A stretch of DNA of 21,046 nucleotides from Octopus sinensis (taxonomy: Eukaryota): the NCBI RefSeq assembly GCF_006345805.1, contig NW_021823865.1, positions 1 to 21,046 of the forward strand. Reading direction: 5' to 3'. Both the position numbers and the translations under genes were made by a program. The notes under the pieces are model-generated. The model worked only from the letters and a program-made list of their open reading frames with translations. It did no database searches and was not told the DNA's origin. Shown in pieces: positions 1 to 9,921 of the stretch (its first letter is position 1; every line of letters starts with the position of its first letter).

Positions 1-39
1 TAAATTACTTGTCAGCATTTTCTTCATTTCCTTTATATA

Positions 40-71
<32 letters not shown>

Positions 72-89
72 GCGTGTGTGTGTGTTTGT

Positions 90-288
90 GTGTCTGTGTT
101 TGTCCCACAAGCATTGCTTGACAACCGATGCTGGTGTGTTTATATCCCCGTTACTTAGCGGTTCGGCAAAAGAGACCGATAGAATAAGTACTGGGCTTAC
201 AAAAGAATAAGTCCCGGGGTCGAGCTGCTCGACTAAAGGCGGTGCTCCAGCATGGCCGCAGTCAAATGACTGAAACAAGTAAAAGAGT
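90..288 (+). mobile_element. 3' half of the CORE-like tRNA-derived SINE (family 1)
   Basis: Nearly identical to 13095-13292 (gcttgacaaccgatgctggtgtgttt...gcggttcggcaaaagagaccgatagaataagtactgggc...ggcggtgctccagcatggccgcagtc...gactgaaacaagtaaaagag). It is preceded by the TA/TG linker found inside the full-length copy. Confidence 0.85.
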
Positions 289-375
289 ATATTTAATTCA
301 GCTCTAATAATTCGCAGGACAGACTCCCCAATACATATGTTTTTGCAAGATATGATACATTTTGTGAGTGTTTCC

Positions 376-378
<3 letters not shown>

Positions 379-411
<33 letters not shown>

Positions 412-415
412 AGAG

Positions 416-451
<36 letters not shown>

Positions 452-470
452 AGAGTGTGTGTGTGTGTGT
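379..470. repeat. (GA)n/(GT)n compound microsatellite
   Basis: Directly visible in the sequence. Confidence 0.95.
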
Positions 471-472
471 AT

Positions 473-632
473 TTGTTAGCGAGCAACTGAGGGCTCACTC
501 TTTCTTCCGTTGGCCTGCTCGCTCAGCCAGCGGGGTGGCGTCATTTGAAGGCTAAAACAATGCGAAGCGCATTGTGACCAGCGATATGTAGCAACATCTG
601 ATAGCCTGGTCGGTGACGGTGATCACGGTGAT
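473..632 (+). mobile_element. SINE 3' portion (tail ...tgtagcaacatctgatagcctggtcggtgacggtgatcacg)
   Basis: The same tail recurs at ~995-1036 behind a tRNA-like head. Confidence 0.65.
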
Positions 633-896
633 ATATATATTATATGTACTTATATGTATACATACATGCATGTATTTGTGTATAAATGCGCACTTACATA
701 TAGAGAAATGCATTAACATGCAAACTTACAAGCATGGAAGTACTCGTGCGAACACAATCTCCGAATTAAATCAGATACATACACACACACACATAAACTT
801 AAACACACATATACACACACATGAAATATATAAATATATGTATACATATATGTGTGTGTACGTGTTTGTGTGTCTGTATGTGTATGTGTGTGTGTG

Positions 897-1036
897 AAGG
901 CGCGTGTCTTAGTGGTTACGCTGTTGCACTCACAATCGTTAGATTGTTGTTCGATTCCCAGATCAGATGGGGCGTTATGTTCTTTAGCAAACTTGTGTAG
1001 CAAAATCTGATAGCCTGGTCGGTCACAGCGATCACG
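897..1036 (+). mobile_element. Internally deleted tRNA-derived SINE (head type B)
   Basis: A-box-like tgtcttagtgg and B-box-like gttcgattcc. The head resembles the minus-strand head at ~14300-14402 and the tail matches 586-626. Confidence 0.7.
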
Positions 1037-1059
1037 TTGGTATCTATATACGTCTCTTT

Positions 1060-1198
1060 AACGAAGCGGTTCGGCAGCAAGAGCGGTGGAATAACTACCA
1101 GATCTAAACACTAAGAATCGAGGACGTTTTCTTCAGCAAAAACTTTTGAAGGCGGTGTTCCTGCTTGGCAGTAATCCTTTGATTGAAACACGTAAAAG
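1060..1198 (+). mobile_element. Degenerate 3' fragment of family 1 SINE
   Basis: gcggttcggca...gaaggcggtgttcctgcttggc...tgattgaaacacgtaaaag aligns with the 13162-13290 tail. Confidence 0.6.
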
Positions 1199-1419
1199 TC
1201 AAACGAAAAATCTAAACACTTGAAGATTCATCCTTCGCCGAGGACTACAGTTTTATGATAGAAAACACTAAAGGAAATCCGAAGCCCTCTTTTATTTGCC
1301 TGATGCCTACGGATTCCGCCAATCCACTTCCATCTATTCAGGAAGACAATACAAATTCATGAAGCCCTAATTAAATAAATGACTGAATAAATACATAAAA
1401 AAATAAATGATTAAACAAA

Positions 1420-1440
1420 ATATATATATATATATATAAT

Positions 1441-1503
<63 letters not shown>

Positions 1504-1614
1504 TTATATATATATATATATATATATTACATATGTACATATATATATACATATATATACGTATATATAAATGTATATATATATATATGTGTATATACAT
1601 GTATGTATATATAC

Positions 1615-1646
<32 letters not shown>

Positions 1647-1651
1647 GTATA
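1420..1651. repeat. (TA)n-rich microsatellite
   Basis: Directly visible in the sequence. Confidence 0.95.
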
Positions 1652-2172
1652 CGTAAATAAATATTGTTAATTAATTGGACTAATCCTTTAATAATTAATA
1701 AATTTTACACTTAACTCAATTGAAAGCTTGATCGATACTTGAAGCCGTTCCCTTGTATTTAATGGACAGCACTCCAAGAGTAAAATAGATTGGATTTCAA
1801 TTAAAGTCGACGATGCCTACGAAATGATAATTAAATATTGAGCACCCCCCACGGTTAAATGACATAAGTACAAGCCATTGTGGTTAAATTACAATTTAAC
1901 AGTGAACCAATCGTATAAATTGTTTCTTGCTCGATAAAGTTATCAATTATATTTATATTAAAACAATTTGCTTGGCAATCTATCTTAGTCTATACGTGAT
2001 TTGTTTTCAATTGACGGTTGTGTATTTGAAAATTGACTGTCAGTAGATATTTAATATATATTATAGATACAATTATAAATATACAATATTGTTTATATAT
2101 TAATAGATCTTGCGAGAGCTTCATTCTTGTTACTAAACCACTTTATTATTAACAGTTCCTTAAGGTGGCGAG

Positions 2173-2473
2173 GTGGAGGCACATGGCCTAGTGGTTAGAG
2201 CAGCGGACTCGTGGTCGAGAGATCGCGGGTTGGAATCTCAGACCGGGTGATGTGAGTGTTTATGAGCGAAACACCTAAGCTCCACGCGGCTACGGCAGAA
2301 TGTAATGGCGAAACTTCTGACTCTTTCGCCGCAACTTTCTCTCACTCTTTCGTCCTGCATCTTGCATCTCACCTGCGACGGACCGGCGTCCCATCCAGGT
2401 GGGGAACCTATACGCCATGAAACCGGCCCTTATGAGCTAGGCATGGGTCGAGAAGGAACAAACAAACAAACAA
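2173..2473 (+). mobile_element. Full-length tRNA-derived SINE (head type A) with (AAAC)n tail
   Basis: A box tggcctagtgg and B-box-like ggttggaatct. The body gagcgaaacacctaagctccacg...ctttctctcactct is shared with 13651-14037 and 19997-20336. It ends in aacaaacaaacaaacaa. Confidence 0.85.
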
Positions 2474-2652
2474 AGGCGGCGAGTTGGAAGAATTGTTAGC
2501 GCGCCGGGCGAAATGCTTATCGTTATTTCGTCCGTCGGTACGTTCTGTCGGGGTCGATTAAATAAGCACCAGTTAAGCACTGGGGTCAATGCAATCAATT
2601 CAATCCCTTCCCCCAAGTTGCCCATGTGGCAAAAATTTGAAGTCATTATTAA
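2474..2652 (+). mobile_element. SINE family 3 copy with the B-box region deleted
   Basis: Homologous to 7151-7382 (-): ggc...gttagc.cgccgggcgaaatgc...atttcgtc...acgttc | ggggtcgat...accagtta.gcactggggtc.atgcaatc. Confidence 0.8.
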
Positions 2653-2661
2653 GTGTTCATT

Positions 2662-2750
2662 AAAGCGTCGAGATGGCAGAATCGTTAGTATGCTGGACGA
2701 AATGCATAGCCCGTCACTGCGTTCTGAGTTCAACTTCCGCTGAGGTCGAC
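2662..2750 (+). mobile_element. SINE family 3 5' fragment
   Basis: tggcagaatcgttag...gacgaaatgc...gttctgagttcaacttccgctgaggtcgac matches the head of 7151-7382. It is truncated where the mariner fragment starts. Confidence 0.7.
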
Positions 2751-3127
2751 ATAAGTTTCTTTTGCACTAGCGGTCCTTTTGGCGAAGGTTTTTACTGTTG
2801 ACCTTTGCTACACCAGGGTCGTCTTTGCCTCACGTTGAAGTACAGTATCCACTTTTTTCAGCCATAGTGATTACTGACTCCGACCAATCGAACCTTTGGC
2901 TTCGCCAGAGCAGACTTTTACATGCTGTGACACGTGCTTGTTTGTTCACTTCAGTCAATTCATGTGGCACCCATTTTCCAAGCTTGCTGACCTTGCCGAG
3001 ACGATGCAGGTGGTTGATGATCGTGACATGGGAGACGCCAAACTGTACCGCAAGCTGACATGCAGTTTCCATCGGATCGGCTTCCATGACTAGGAACAAT
3101 TACCTGCCCAAGAACTTTCTCATCAAT
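2750..3127 (-). pseudogene. Decayed mariner (Tc1/mariner) transposase fragment
   Basis: HTH-like LAVQFGVSHVTIINHLHRLG followed by the diagnostic KWVPHEL (WVPHEL at 2956-2973). After a frameshift in the T run 2853-2858 it reads KWILYFNVRQRRPWCSKGQQ*KPSPKGPLVQKKLM, matching the mariner TGDEKW-to-second-Asp region. The catalytic TGDE is replaced by TMAE, there is a stop at 2792-2794, and no TIRs are visible. Confidence 0.92.
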
Positions 3128-3130
3128 GTA

Positions 3131-3178
<48 letters not shown>

Positions 3179-3525
3179 GAAATATGTTACGAGAAGAAAA
3201 TATAAAATACACGTGAAATGTAAGGGCAAAATATGAAAAATCAACGAAAATGCACCTTGCAAAAAGAAAAAGGCTATTTATGACAGGTAACGACAAATAT
3301 ATACATTTAGATTGACTGAGGTAGTTATATGAGTCATAAAAGTCATTATTATGAGATAATTATAAGATGATTATAAAGGAAGAGAACAAAACGAACCATG
3401 GTTTACGCAAAGCTTATTCATCGTTTGAACAACACCGGTTAATACATGCATATATATATATTGGATAGTAAGTGAAGCATGTTTTATATATCAACATTAT
3501 TATTATACTTTTCTAGTTATTTAAA

Positions 3526-3657
3526 TCCTCTGACGAGGCCTTTGGTTATTTAAACATACAAGTATAATTTTTAATGCCTAGAACAGTATTACACTGTCAT
3601 CTATGGGCAATATAAGTTGAATTGACTCTTGACCATAGGCTGGAACAGCTGTAAGGA
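3526..3657 (+). ncRNA. Type I hammerhead-ribozyme-like motif (Penelope-type) with long stem II insert, probably inactivated
   Basis: Stem I tcct/agga; core CTGACGA (3530-3536); stem II ggcctttggtta/tgaccataggct; GGAA in place of GAAA (3642-3645); palindromic stem III ACAGCTGT; GTA cleavage triplet (3651-3653). Confidence 0.7.
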
Positions 3658-4084
3658 GCAGTTTATTTTTTATTTGTAGTATTTTTATTTTTTATTATTA
3701 TATTACATATTGATGTATATTGTTTTGTTCGATGTTGATGTTCCCATTTGTATAATTAATAAATAATGTGAAATAGTAATATCTGTAAGTTGATGATCGA
3801 AATGAAATTGTTTCTCCATTTTCTTAGTTGTATATATGTATATATATAATTAAAACTGAAGCAGGTATCTGCTTTTGTGGATCTCATTTCATACAGGTGC
3901 GATACTGAAACGAAAGCTTTCAGTTTCAGGTTTAATAAAATGTCGTATATTTTACATGTATTGGACACACCTTTCTTATTTGTCCATTAGTAAGCAACGT
4001 AACTGAATATTTATGTGAGTGTGTGCTTTGTGCTTTGTGTGCGTATGTATATATCTACATGCAAAAACATACTTATATACACAT

Positions 4085-4104
4085 CCATTACATACATATA
4101 TATG

Positions 4105-4141
<37 letters not shown>

Positions 4142-4375
4142 GTTATATATATATATACAGAGAGAGAGAGAGAGAGAGAGTGAGAGGGAGAGAGTGAGAG
4201 AGAGAGAGAGCTAGATACACGCATCCATATATATATATATACACATACATATATACAGACGCACTCACACACATGAATTATATAAACACAAAGTGTGATG
4301 CACGCTGTGTATGTGCGTTTGTGTGTGCATGCGTGTGTGTGTGTGTGCGTGCGTTTGTCTGTGTGTGTGTGTGTG
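4085..4375. repeat. Compound TA/TG/GA microsatellite block
   Basis: Directly visible in the sequence. Confidence 0.9.
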
Positions 4376-5103
4376 ACAAGTTCTCTGCGAACGTTGTAAC
4401 TGGCTCCAGATTTCTGGTCAAACACGGCTCAAGGGTCTCATAAAATATTTAATAGCGGAAAACATACTGCAGTGAACCAGCTATTGGACCGCTGTAACTC
4501 TGTAACCAAATACACTGTACACACAAACGATATAAATAAAGAAACATAAAAATAATAAATACAGCCAAACATTGAAAACCCAAAACACAGCAAAAACATG
4601 AAGATATTTCTGAATGAAAACACAACCAGAAGTCAGCCATATTGTTTTTGTGTTTTTCCATTCCAATTTTCGAGTTGAATGTCTCTATGTTTATTTCCTC
4701 TCCTTAGAGACTTGGAAATGTGAACTGTCAGAAAAATTAAATAAATAACATGATAATTTAAAATAGTGGAACAAGGAAAATACAGATAACTGCTGTTGTT
4801 GCTTCTTCCATTGATGTTGTTGTTGTTGTTGTTGTCGTTAACAGCAGCTTGATCTAGAAGCCATGTGATCAAAAATAATATAACCTTTTATATTCTAGAC
4901 TTCTTAACTGACCTGCCTTTCCGTTCTTTGGGAAATGTGTCTGCTATTTCTAGCATGGAATTTACCAAGTTTGTTTAATGTTTTCATTCACCTATTTTCT
5001 TTTCTTATTGATTACTTTCAGTCATTGGATTGCGACCATGCTGGAATTCCGTCATGAACGGTTTGGTGGAACGAATCTAGGTCAGGCTTTATTGTTTTCA
5101 ACT

Positions 5104-5471
5104 AATTGTCTGGCAACGGGTAGTGTCAGTGCTATGTCGTCGGGAACTTCGGTTCCTGGTAGGGCCACCCAAGGCGGATTGGTCTGACACCGAGTGGTAT
5201 TAGGGCCACAACCCGGCAGACGGAGCTCTGGTGAAAATCCTCGGAGTGTCTGTTTCGGCAACCGGCGGCTCCTCGGTCGTTCTGTCCCTGCGTCTGCGGA
5301 CAATCTGCGGCAAACGTGATGTCTCTATATGCGGGATTGTTGGGGACCACTTGCGAAAATCATATCTCCACGAAACTTCTTCCACCGCCATGTTTCGAGA
5401 TGCCTCGAGGGTGGTGGAAGAAGCCGACTCAACCCGCCCAGGGTGAATGTCGCCACAAGTACAAGTAAGTA
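5104..5471 (+). mobile_element. Short non-autonomous RTE-derived retroelement (5'UTR-like segment plus 3' end), TSD TTCAACT
   Basis: GC-rich island flanked by ttcaact at 5097-5103 and 5472-5478, with a short-repeat tail acaagtacaagtaagta. The motif gctatgtcgtcggg...cctggtagggccacccaaggcgga.tggtc resembles, from memory, the conserved 5' region of RTE-clade LINEs (BovB, Expander/Rex3). Confidence 0.7.
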
Positions 5472-5825
5472 TTCAACTGTGGCATATTTTCTATCTGTCC
5501 ATTTTTGCCGAACCACTAGTTTACGGAGAAGTAATCAATAGACCGACAACTTTTCCAAACGAGGATAGAGAAGAAACAGGACACGCAGCATGCACTCAGC
5601 TACACACCTTCCCGTGTGTGCACACACACTCGTACTCCTCTCTCTCACACACGCGCACGCATACGCACACTCACACATACACATCTTATAACAATTTGAT
5701 TCGGCGCTGTACAACTTCAAGTTACGTAGACTGGTCAAGCGAACTTCACTCGTCAGCCTCCTACTCAGTGTTATGAGTGCCAGCTTTCTGTCACTTGTCC
5801 TCTCACTCATACACACAGACACAGA

Positions 5826-6331
5826 CATCATCATCATCATTGTTCGACCGTGGTCGAGACAATGGAATTTACCATGCTACGCCAGACTTCACGGTCTATC
5901 ATAGCATTACGGGGGTCCTGTTGCTGGATGCCTGTATCCCTGGAGATTACATCAGGGTAGGAGAGTGTGCGCCCTCTGGTATTGCGAGTAGATGGCTTCC
6001 AGAGGAGAAGAGTATAAATTACTTCTTTTTCAGCTCTATAACAATGTCCAGCAAACTGGACTCTCCTACCTTTCACAAGAGATGAAACAGGTGGTAGTTT
6101 CCCATATATTTGCATTTTGGTTGGATGGCGCTTCCACGAGAGATTTTGAGCTTTCATAAGGAGGCGAGTGTAGGTTCCATCCAACCGCCTCTCAAGCTTC
6201 TTTGATAACGTCCAGGTTTCTGAGCCATATAGTAGAACTGGTTCGACTGTGGCTTTGAAGATTTCAAGATTGAAGTCTCTACTTAGATTTGATGACCAGA
6301 TCTTATGCATGTCATTACAGGCTGACCAGGC
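5826..6331 (-). mobile_element. 5'-truncated RTE-clade non-LTR retrotransposon, C-terminal ORF region plus (TGA)n tail
   Basis: Open frame AWSACNDMHKIW...VEPVLLYGSETWTLSKKLERRLDGTYTRLL...FAGHCYR...LLLWKP...AMIDREVWR, typical of the RTE post-RT C-terminus. The stop codon runs directly into tgatgatgatg. The fragment sits within a CA microsatellite. Confidence 0.92.
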
Positions 6332-6590
6332 ACACACACACGTACGCATGCACACACATACGCACACACCTATATCTGTCTGGCTTCTTTCAGTTTCCCT
6401 CTACCAATTTCACTCAATAGTCGTCCGAGGTTATTGTATCAGTGAGGCTTCCGTGAGGTAACCCATCCCAAAATAAAGGTTATTCTTCAGATAAACACTA
6501 ACCCTTTTTTAGTAAGGTAGCACAAAAATTCAAATACTTAAGGGGCCCAAGCAGTATGAAAATACAAGAATTTCGAATTCCTTTTAAGCG

Positions 6591-6753
6591 TAATAAAAAA
6601 GTTCATAATTGTTTCTTACTGGTCTCAACAGAATCCACGTGGTGGTTTTTTGTGAGGAGTAAGTATAATAGCTGTCTTATGTGTTCGAATAAAACTAAGG
6701 AAATGACCACAATATATATATATATATATATATATAAGCATATATACATACAT
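6591..6753. repeat. Unclassified ~160-bp interspersed repeat, copy 1
   Basis: Near-identical direct copy at 9640-9799. Confidence 0.9.
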
Positions 6754-7150
6754 ATATATATTCTGTGCGCAGAATTCAAATCGTTGCACGATCATATTTG
6801 GCTTCTATCATTTTGGGGTAGAAATTGTGTACCATTCCCAGACGGTGGAATTTCTGAAACGTCTATGACCATTTGCTTGTCTAAAGTATTTCATGTGTTT
6901 ATCCAAAATTTCTATGCTAGTTTTTAGATCTTTATTTCGCTCTTGTTTCATACGTTCTGAGTTATATAAAGCATCTTAAGATACTCTGGTGGTTGGGAAC
7001 AAAACTGGGCGCGTGTATCATTATATGATGCATGGACACCAGAAAAAGACAAAGGATTACATTTCCAAAACTATGGAAGTGTACTATGCATGTACTATAA
7101 ATATATGTACATGTATATATATATATGCATGAGTGTGTATATGTATATAT

Positions 7151-7382
7151 ATTTCTTTACTACCCACAAGGGGCTAAACACAGAGGAGACAAACAAGGAT
7201 AGACACACGGATCAAGTCGATTGCATCGACCCCAGTGCGTAACTGGTACTTAATTTATCGACCCCGGAAGGATGAAAGGCAAAGTCGACCTCGGCGGAAT
7301 TTGAACTCGGAACGTAACGGCAGACGAAATACGGCAACGCATTTCGCCCGGCGTGCTAACGTTTCTGCCAGCTACCCGCCTT
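7151..7382 (-). mobile_element. Full-length SINE family 3 (tRNA-like head with expanded A-B spacer)
   Basis: Minus strand: tggcagaaacgttagc (A-box-like) ... gagttcaaattcc (B box) gccgaggtcgactttgcctttcatcc... Related copies at 2474-2652 and 2662-2750. Confidence 0.85.
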
Positions 7383-8330
7383 TTTGTATATATATATGTA
7401 TATATGTATGTGTTTGTATGTGCGCGTGCGATTGTGTGTGTGTGCGTGTGTGCGCGCGTGTGTGTGTGGTGTGTGTGTAAGATTCAAAATTTGCACTGAA
7501 GGTCGACAAATGAACAAAAAGAAAAATGAAGCTATAAGACGTGGAAATAGTCTTTCCTCGTCAATTATAGTCCAAAAATTCATAACAATTTCACGCCAAT
7601 ACTTCGCACAATTGGTGTTACACTCCAATATTCTATTACAGATATATTCTTCTATAATTTTACATCTTTTAGCCTCAGGTCTGTAACCATGCTGGGACCA
7701 ATCAGTATCAATTTCAACGGCACTGGACACCAGGAGACAGATATATCTAAATGGAAACGCGTGTTGTTTAACGGAGTAGATTAAAGGGAGCTAACTGAAT
7801 ACCGGAAGGCTTTTAATCAGCCACGCTAGGGTTCACAATCATTCAGATCCGCCATCACGTTGAAACTTAATATGTCCTATAGAAATATGTATTAATTCAT
7901 ATATTACATTAGATTTTAATTAGAGAGATTTTTATTCTGTTTTGATAAGGTTTCTAATTACACCTAGCTAGTGGAATTACAGCAACTTCGTCGAAATATT
8001 AAGTTATGAATAGCTATTTGATAGACGCCAACGGCGTTGTTAATCTACGTTTGACAAACGTTGTGAGCAATTTCTATTGCGCTATGCACGCATGTGTACG
8101 CAGGCATACGCACATACATATAAGCACACGTTCGCATGCGTACTTTCGTATTATTCACACAGACAAACACATGCAGATACGCTAGCAAACCCATTCATAA
8201 GAACAAGGTTATATATACATAGTCAGACCACACATTCGGAGACACGTGCGCAAATATATATATATTAATTTACATTTGTGTAATATGTGTGTAATACATA
8301 CCTTCATATAAACCTTGATACATTATCACG

Positions 8331-8375
8331 TATGTATATATATATATATATATAAATATGTAAATATATATATTA

Positions 8376-8427
<52 letters not shown>

Positions 8428-8522
8428 AATATGTATATATATATATGTTTTATATGGTATGTGTATGTGTGTTTGTGTGTTTGTGTGTTGTGTGTGTGTG
8501 TGTGTATGTATGTATTATATAT
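8331..8522. repeat. (TA)n/(TG)n microsatellite
   Basis: Directly visible in the sequence. Confidence 0.9.
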
Positions 8523-8658
8523 GTAAGTAGTTTAATGCTTGCTTTTAAATCAAATAAGACTTAAAGATTACTCGATACTTTTGCAGAGTACAAATTTATT
8601 AAACATTATCAAGAATACTATTGAAAGTAACTTCGAAGTTCCCACCTATTAAGCAACA

Positions 8659-8714
<56 letters not shown>

Positions 8715-8751
8715 GTATTATGCATGCGTGTGTATGAAGTTATATGTCTTA

Positions 8752-9094
8752 GAGTGGCTGTGTGGTAAGTAGCTTGCATACCAACCACATGGTTCCGAGT
8801 TCATTCCCACAGCGTGGCACCTTGGGCAAGTGTCTTCTACTATATGTATATATATATGTGTGTATATATGTATATATAATTAATATCAGGGTAATATAAA
8901 TTATAGAAAGTTTTACTATCAGTAGTCTAGCGCATATAGAATACCGTGTACATTAATTTGATGGTAAATGTTTTTCTTTTTCTTTCCCTTCGAGAATTTA
9001 TCCCTAATTAGTGGCTTGAACTTTAACTGTTCTTTCTAGCGCAACGCATTCCTATGATGGAAGCCTCTTAACGTGTTTTAATGTACACGGTTCT

Positions 9095-9127
<33 letters not shown>

Positions 9128-9266
9128 TTGCGTGTGCGTGTGTGTGTGCGTGTGTGTGTGCATGTGTGTGTTTAGGTTTGTGTATCTGTGTTTTTGTCCT
9201 CCCAACATTGCTTGACAACCGATGGTGGTGTGTTTACCTCCCCAAAACTTAGCGGTTCGGAAAAAG
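8752..9266 (+). mobile_element. Interrupted family 1 SINE: head 8752-8844, post-linker part ~9175-9266
   Basis: The head is nearly identical to 12895-12987, and cattgcttgacaaccgatggtggtgtgttt...ttagcggttcgg matches 13117-13170. Unrelated sequence lies between the two parts. Confidence 0.75.
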
Positions 9267-9639
9267 TATGTGTGTGTTGTGTGTGTGTGTTTTGCTGACA
9301 AGTGCTTCTTATTACACTCCATATTCTGTATAAATCTTTTAAAATATATCCTACGTGCATCTTGGAATTCCAGACGTAGATACAAAGGTGAACGCGCAAC
9401 CTTGTAACTAAGAGGCGAACGTGCTCTTCAGACACACTACCTGGGACCTACCTTGAAACACGGTTTGGATACTACATTTAACGCCTACCTTCTAAACCTT
9501 AATTCTTTAATTTTAAATTTGACTAATATATATATATGAAAACGCCATTATGTAAGATAAATTTTAATTTTCTTAGAAATTTTACATGTTTCGGTTCTTT
9601 TTGAAAAAAATTATCAAAAATATTTTAAAAAGTTAAGTA

Positions 9640-9799
9640 TAATAAAAAAGTTCATAATTGTTTCTTACTGGTCTCAACAGAATTCACGTGGTGGTTTTTT
9701 GTGGGGAGTAAGCATAATAGCTGTCTTATGTGTTCAAATAAAACTAAGGAAATGACCACTATATATACTATATATATATATAAGCATATATACATACAT
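9640..9799. repeat. Unclassified ~160-bp interspersed repeat, copy 2
   Basis: Direct copy of 6591-6753. Confidence 0.9.
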
Positions 9800-9872
9800 T
9801 ATATACAATATATACATACATTACATATATATACAGGTATATATATATATATATATTATATATATATATATC

Positions 9873-9921
<49 letters not shown>

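Larger units (their letters stand above)
4995..6440 (-). mobile_element. Old family 1 SINE split into three pieces (about 4995-5095, 5480-5585, 6370-6440) by nested insertions
   Basis: The reverse complements match, in the correct order, the 3' end (ttcagtcatt.g..tgcg.ccatgctgga), the post-linker part (ttctatc.gtc..tttttgccgaacc.cta) and the pre-linker part (ggcttctttcagtttcc.tctaccaa.t.cactca) of 12888-13298. Confidence 0.7.

Noticed and set aside
2830-3099. Functional SETMAR-like or domesticated transposase gene
   Set aside because: It has a frameshift, an in-frame stop, no first catalytic Asp, and is truncated at both ends.
3853-3929. aaactgaa...cGAAAGCTTtcagttt fold-back resembling a PLE hammerhead 3' half
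   Set aside because: No CUGANGA is placed inside stem I, so only an imperfect hairpin is supported.
5700-5762. Minus-strand CTGACGAG...aagtt/aactt-GAAG-ttgtaca hammerhead candidate
   Set aside because: GAAG replaces GAAA, there is no UH cleavage site, and stem I has at most 2 bp.
6600-6636. Minus-strand CTGTTGAG...GAAACAATTAT in the 160-bp repeat
   Set aside because: Stem II does not form and stems I and III are poor.
7640-7785. Possible exon in a complex island (ORF 7356-7730 and plus-strand frames)
   Set aside because: No recognisable protein motif and no convincing acceptor-donor pair.
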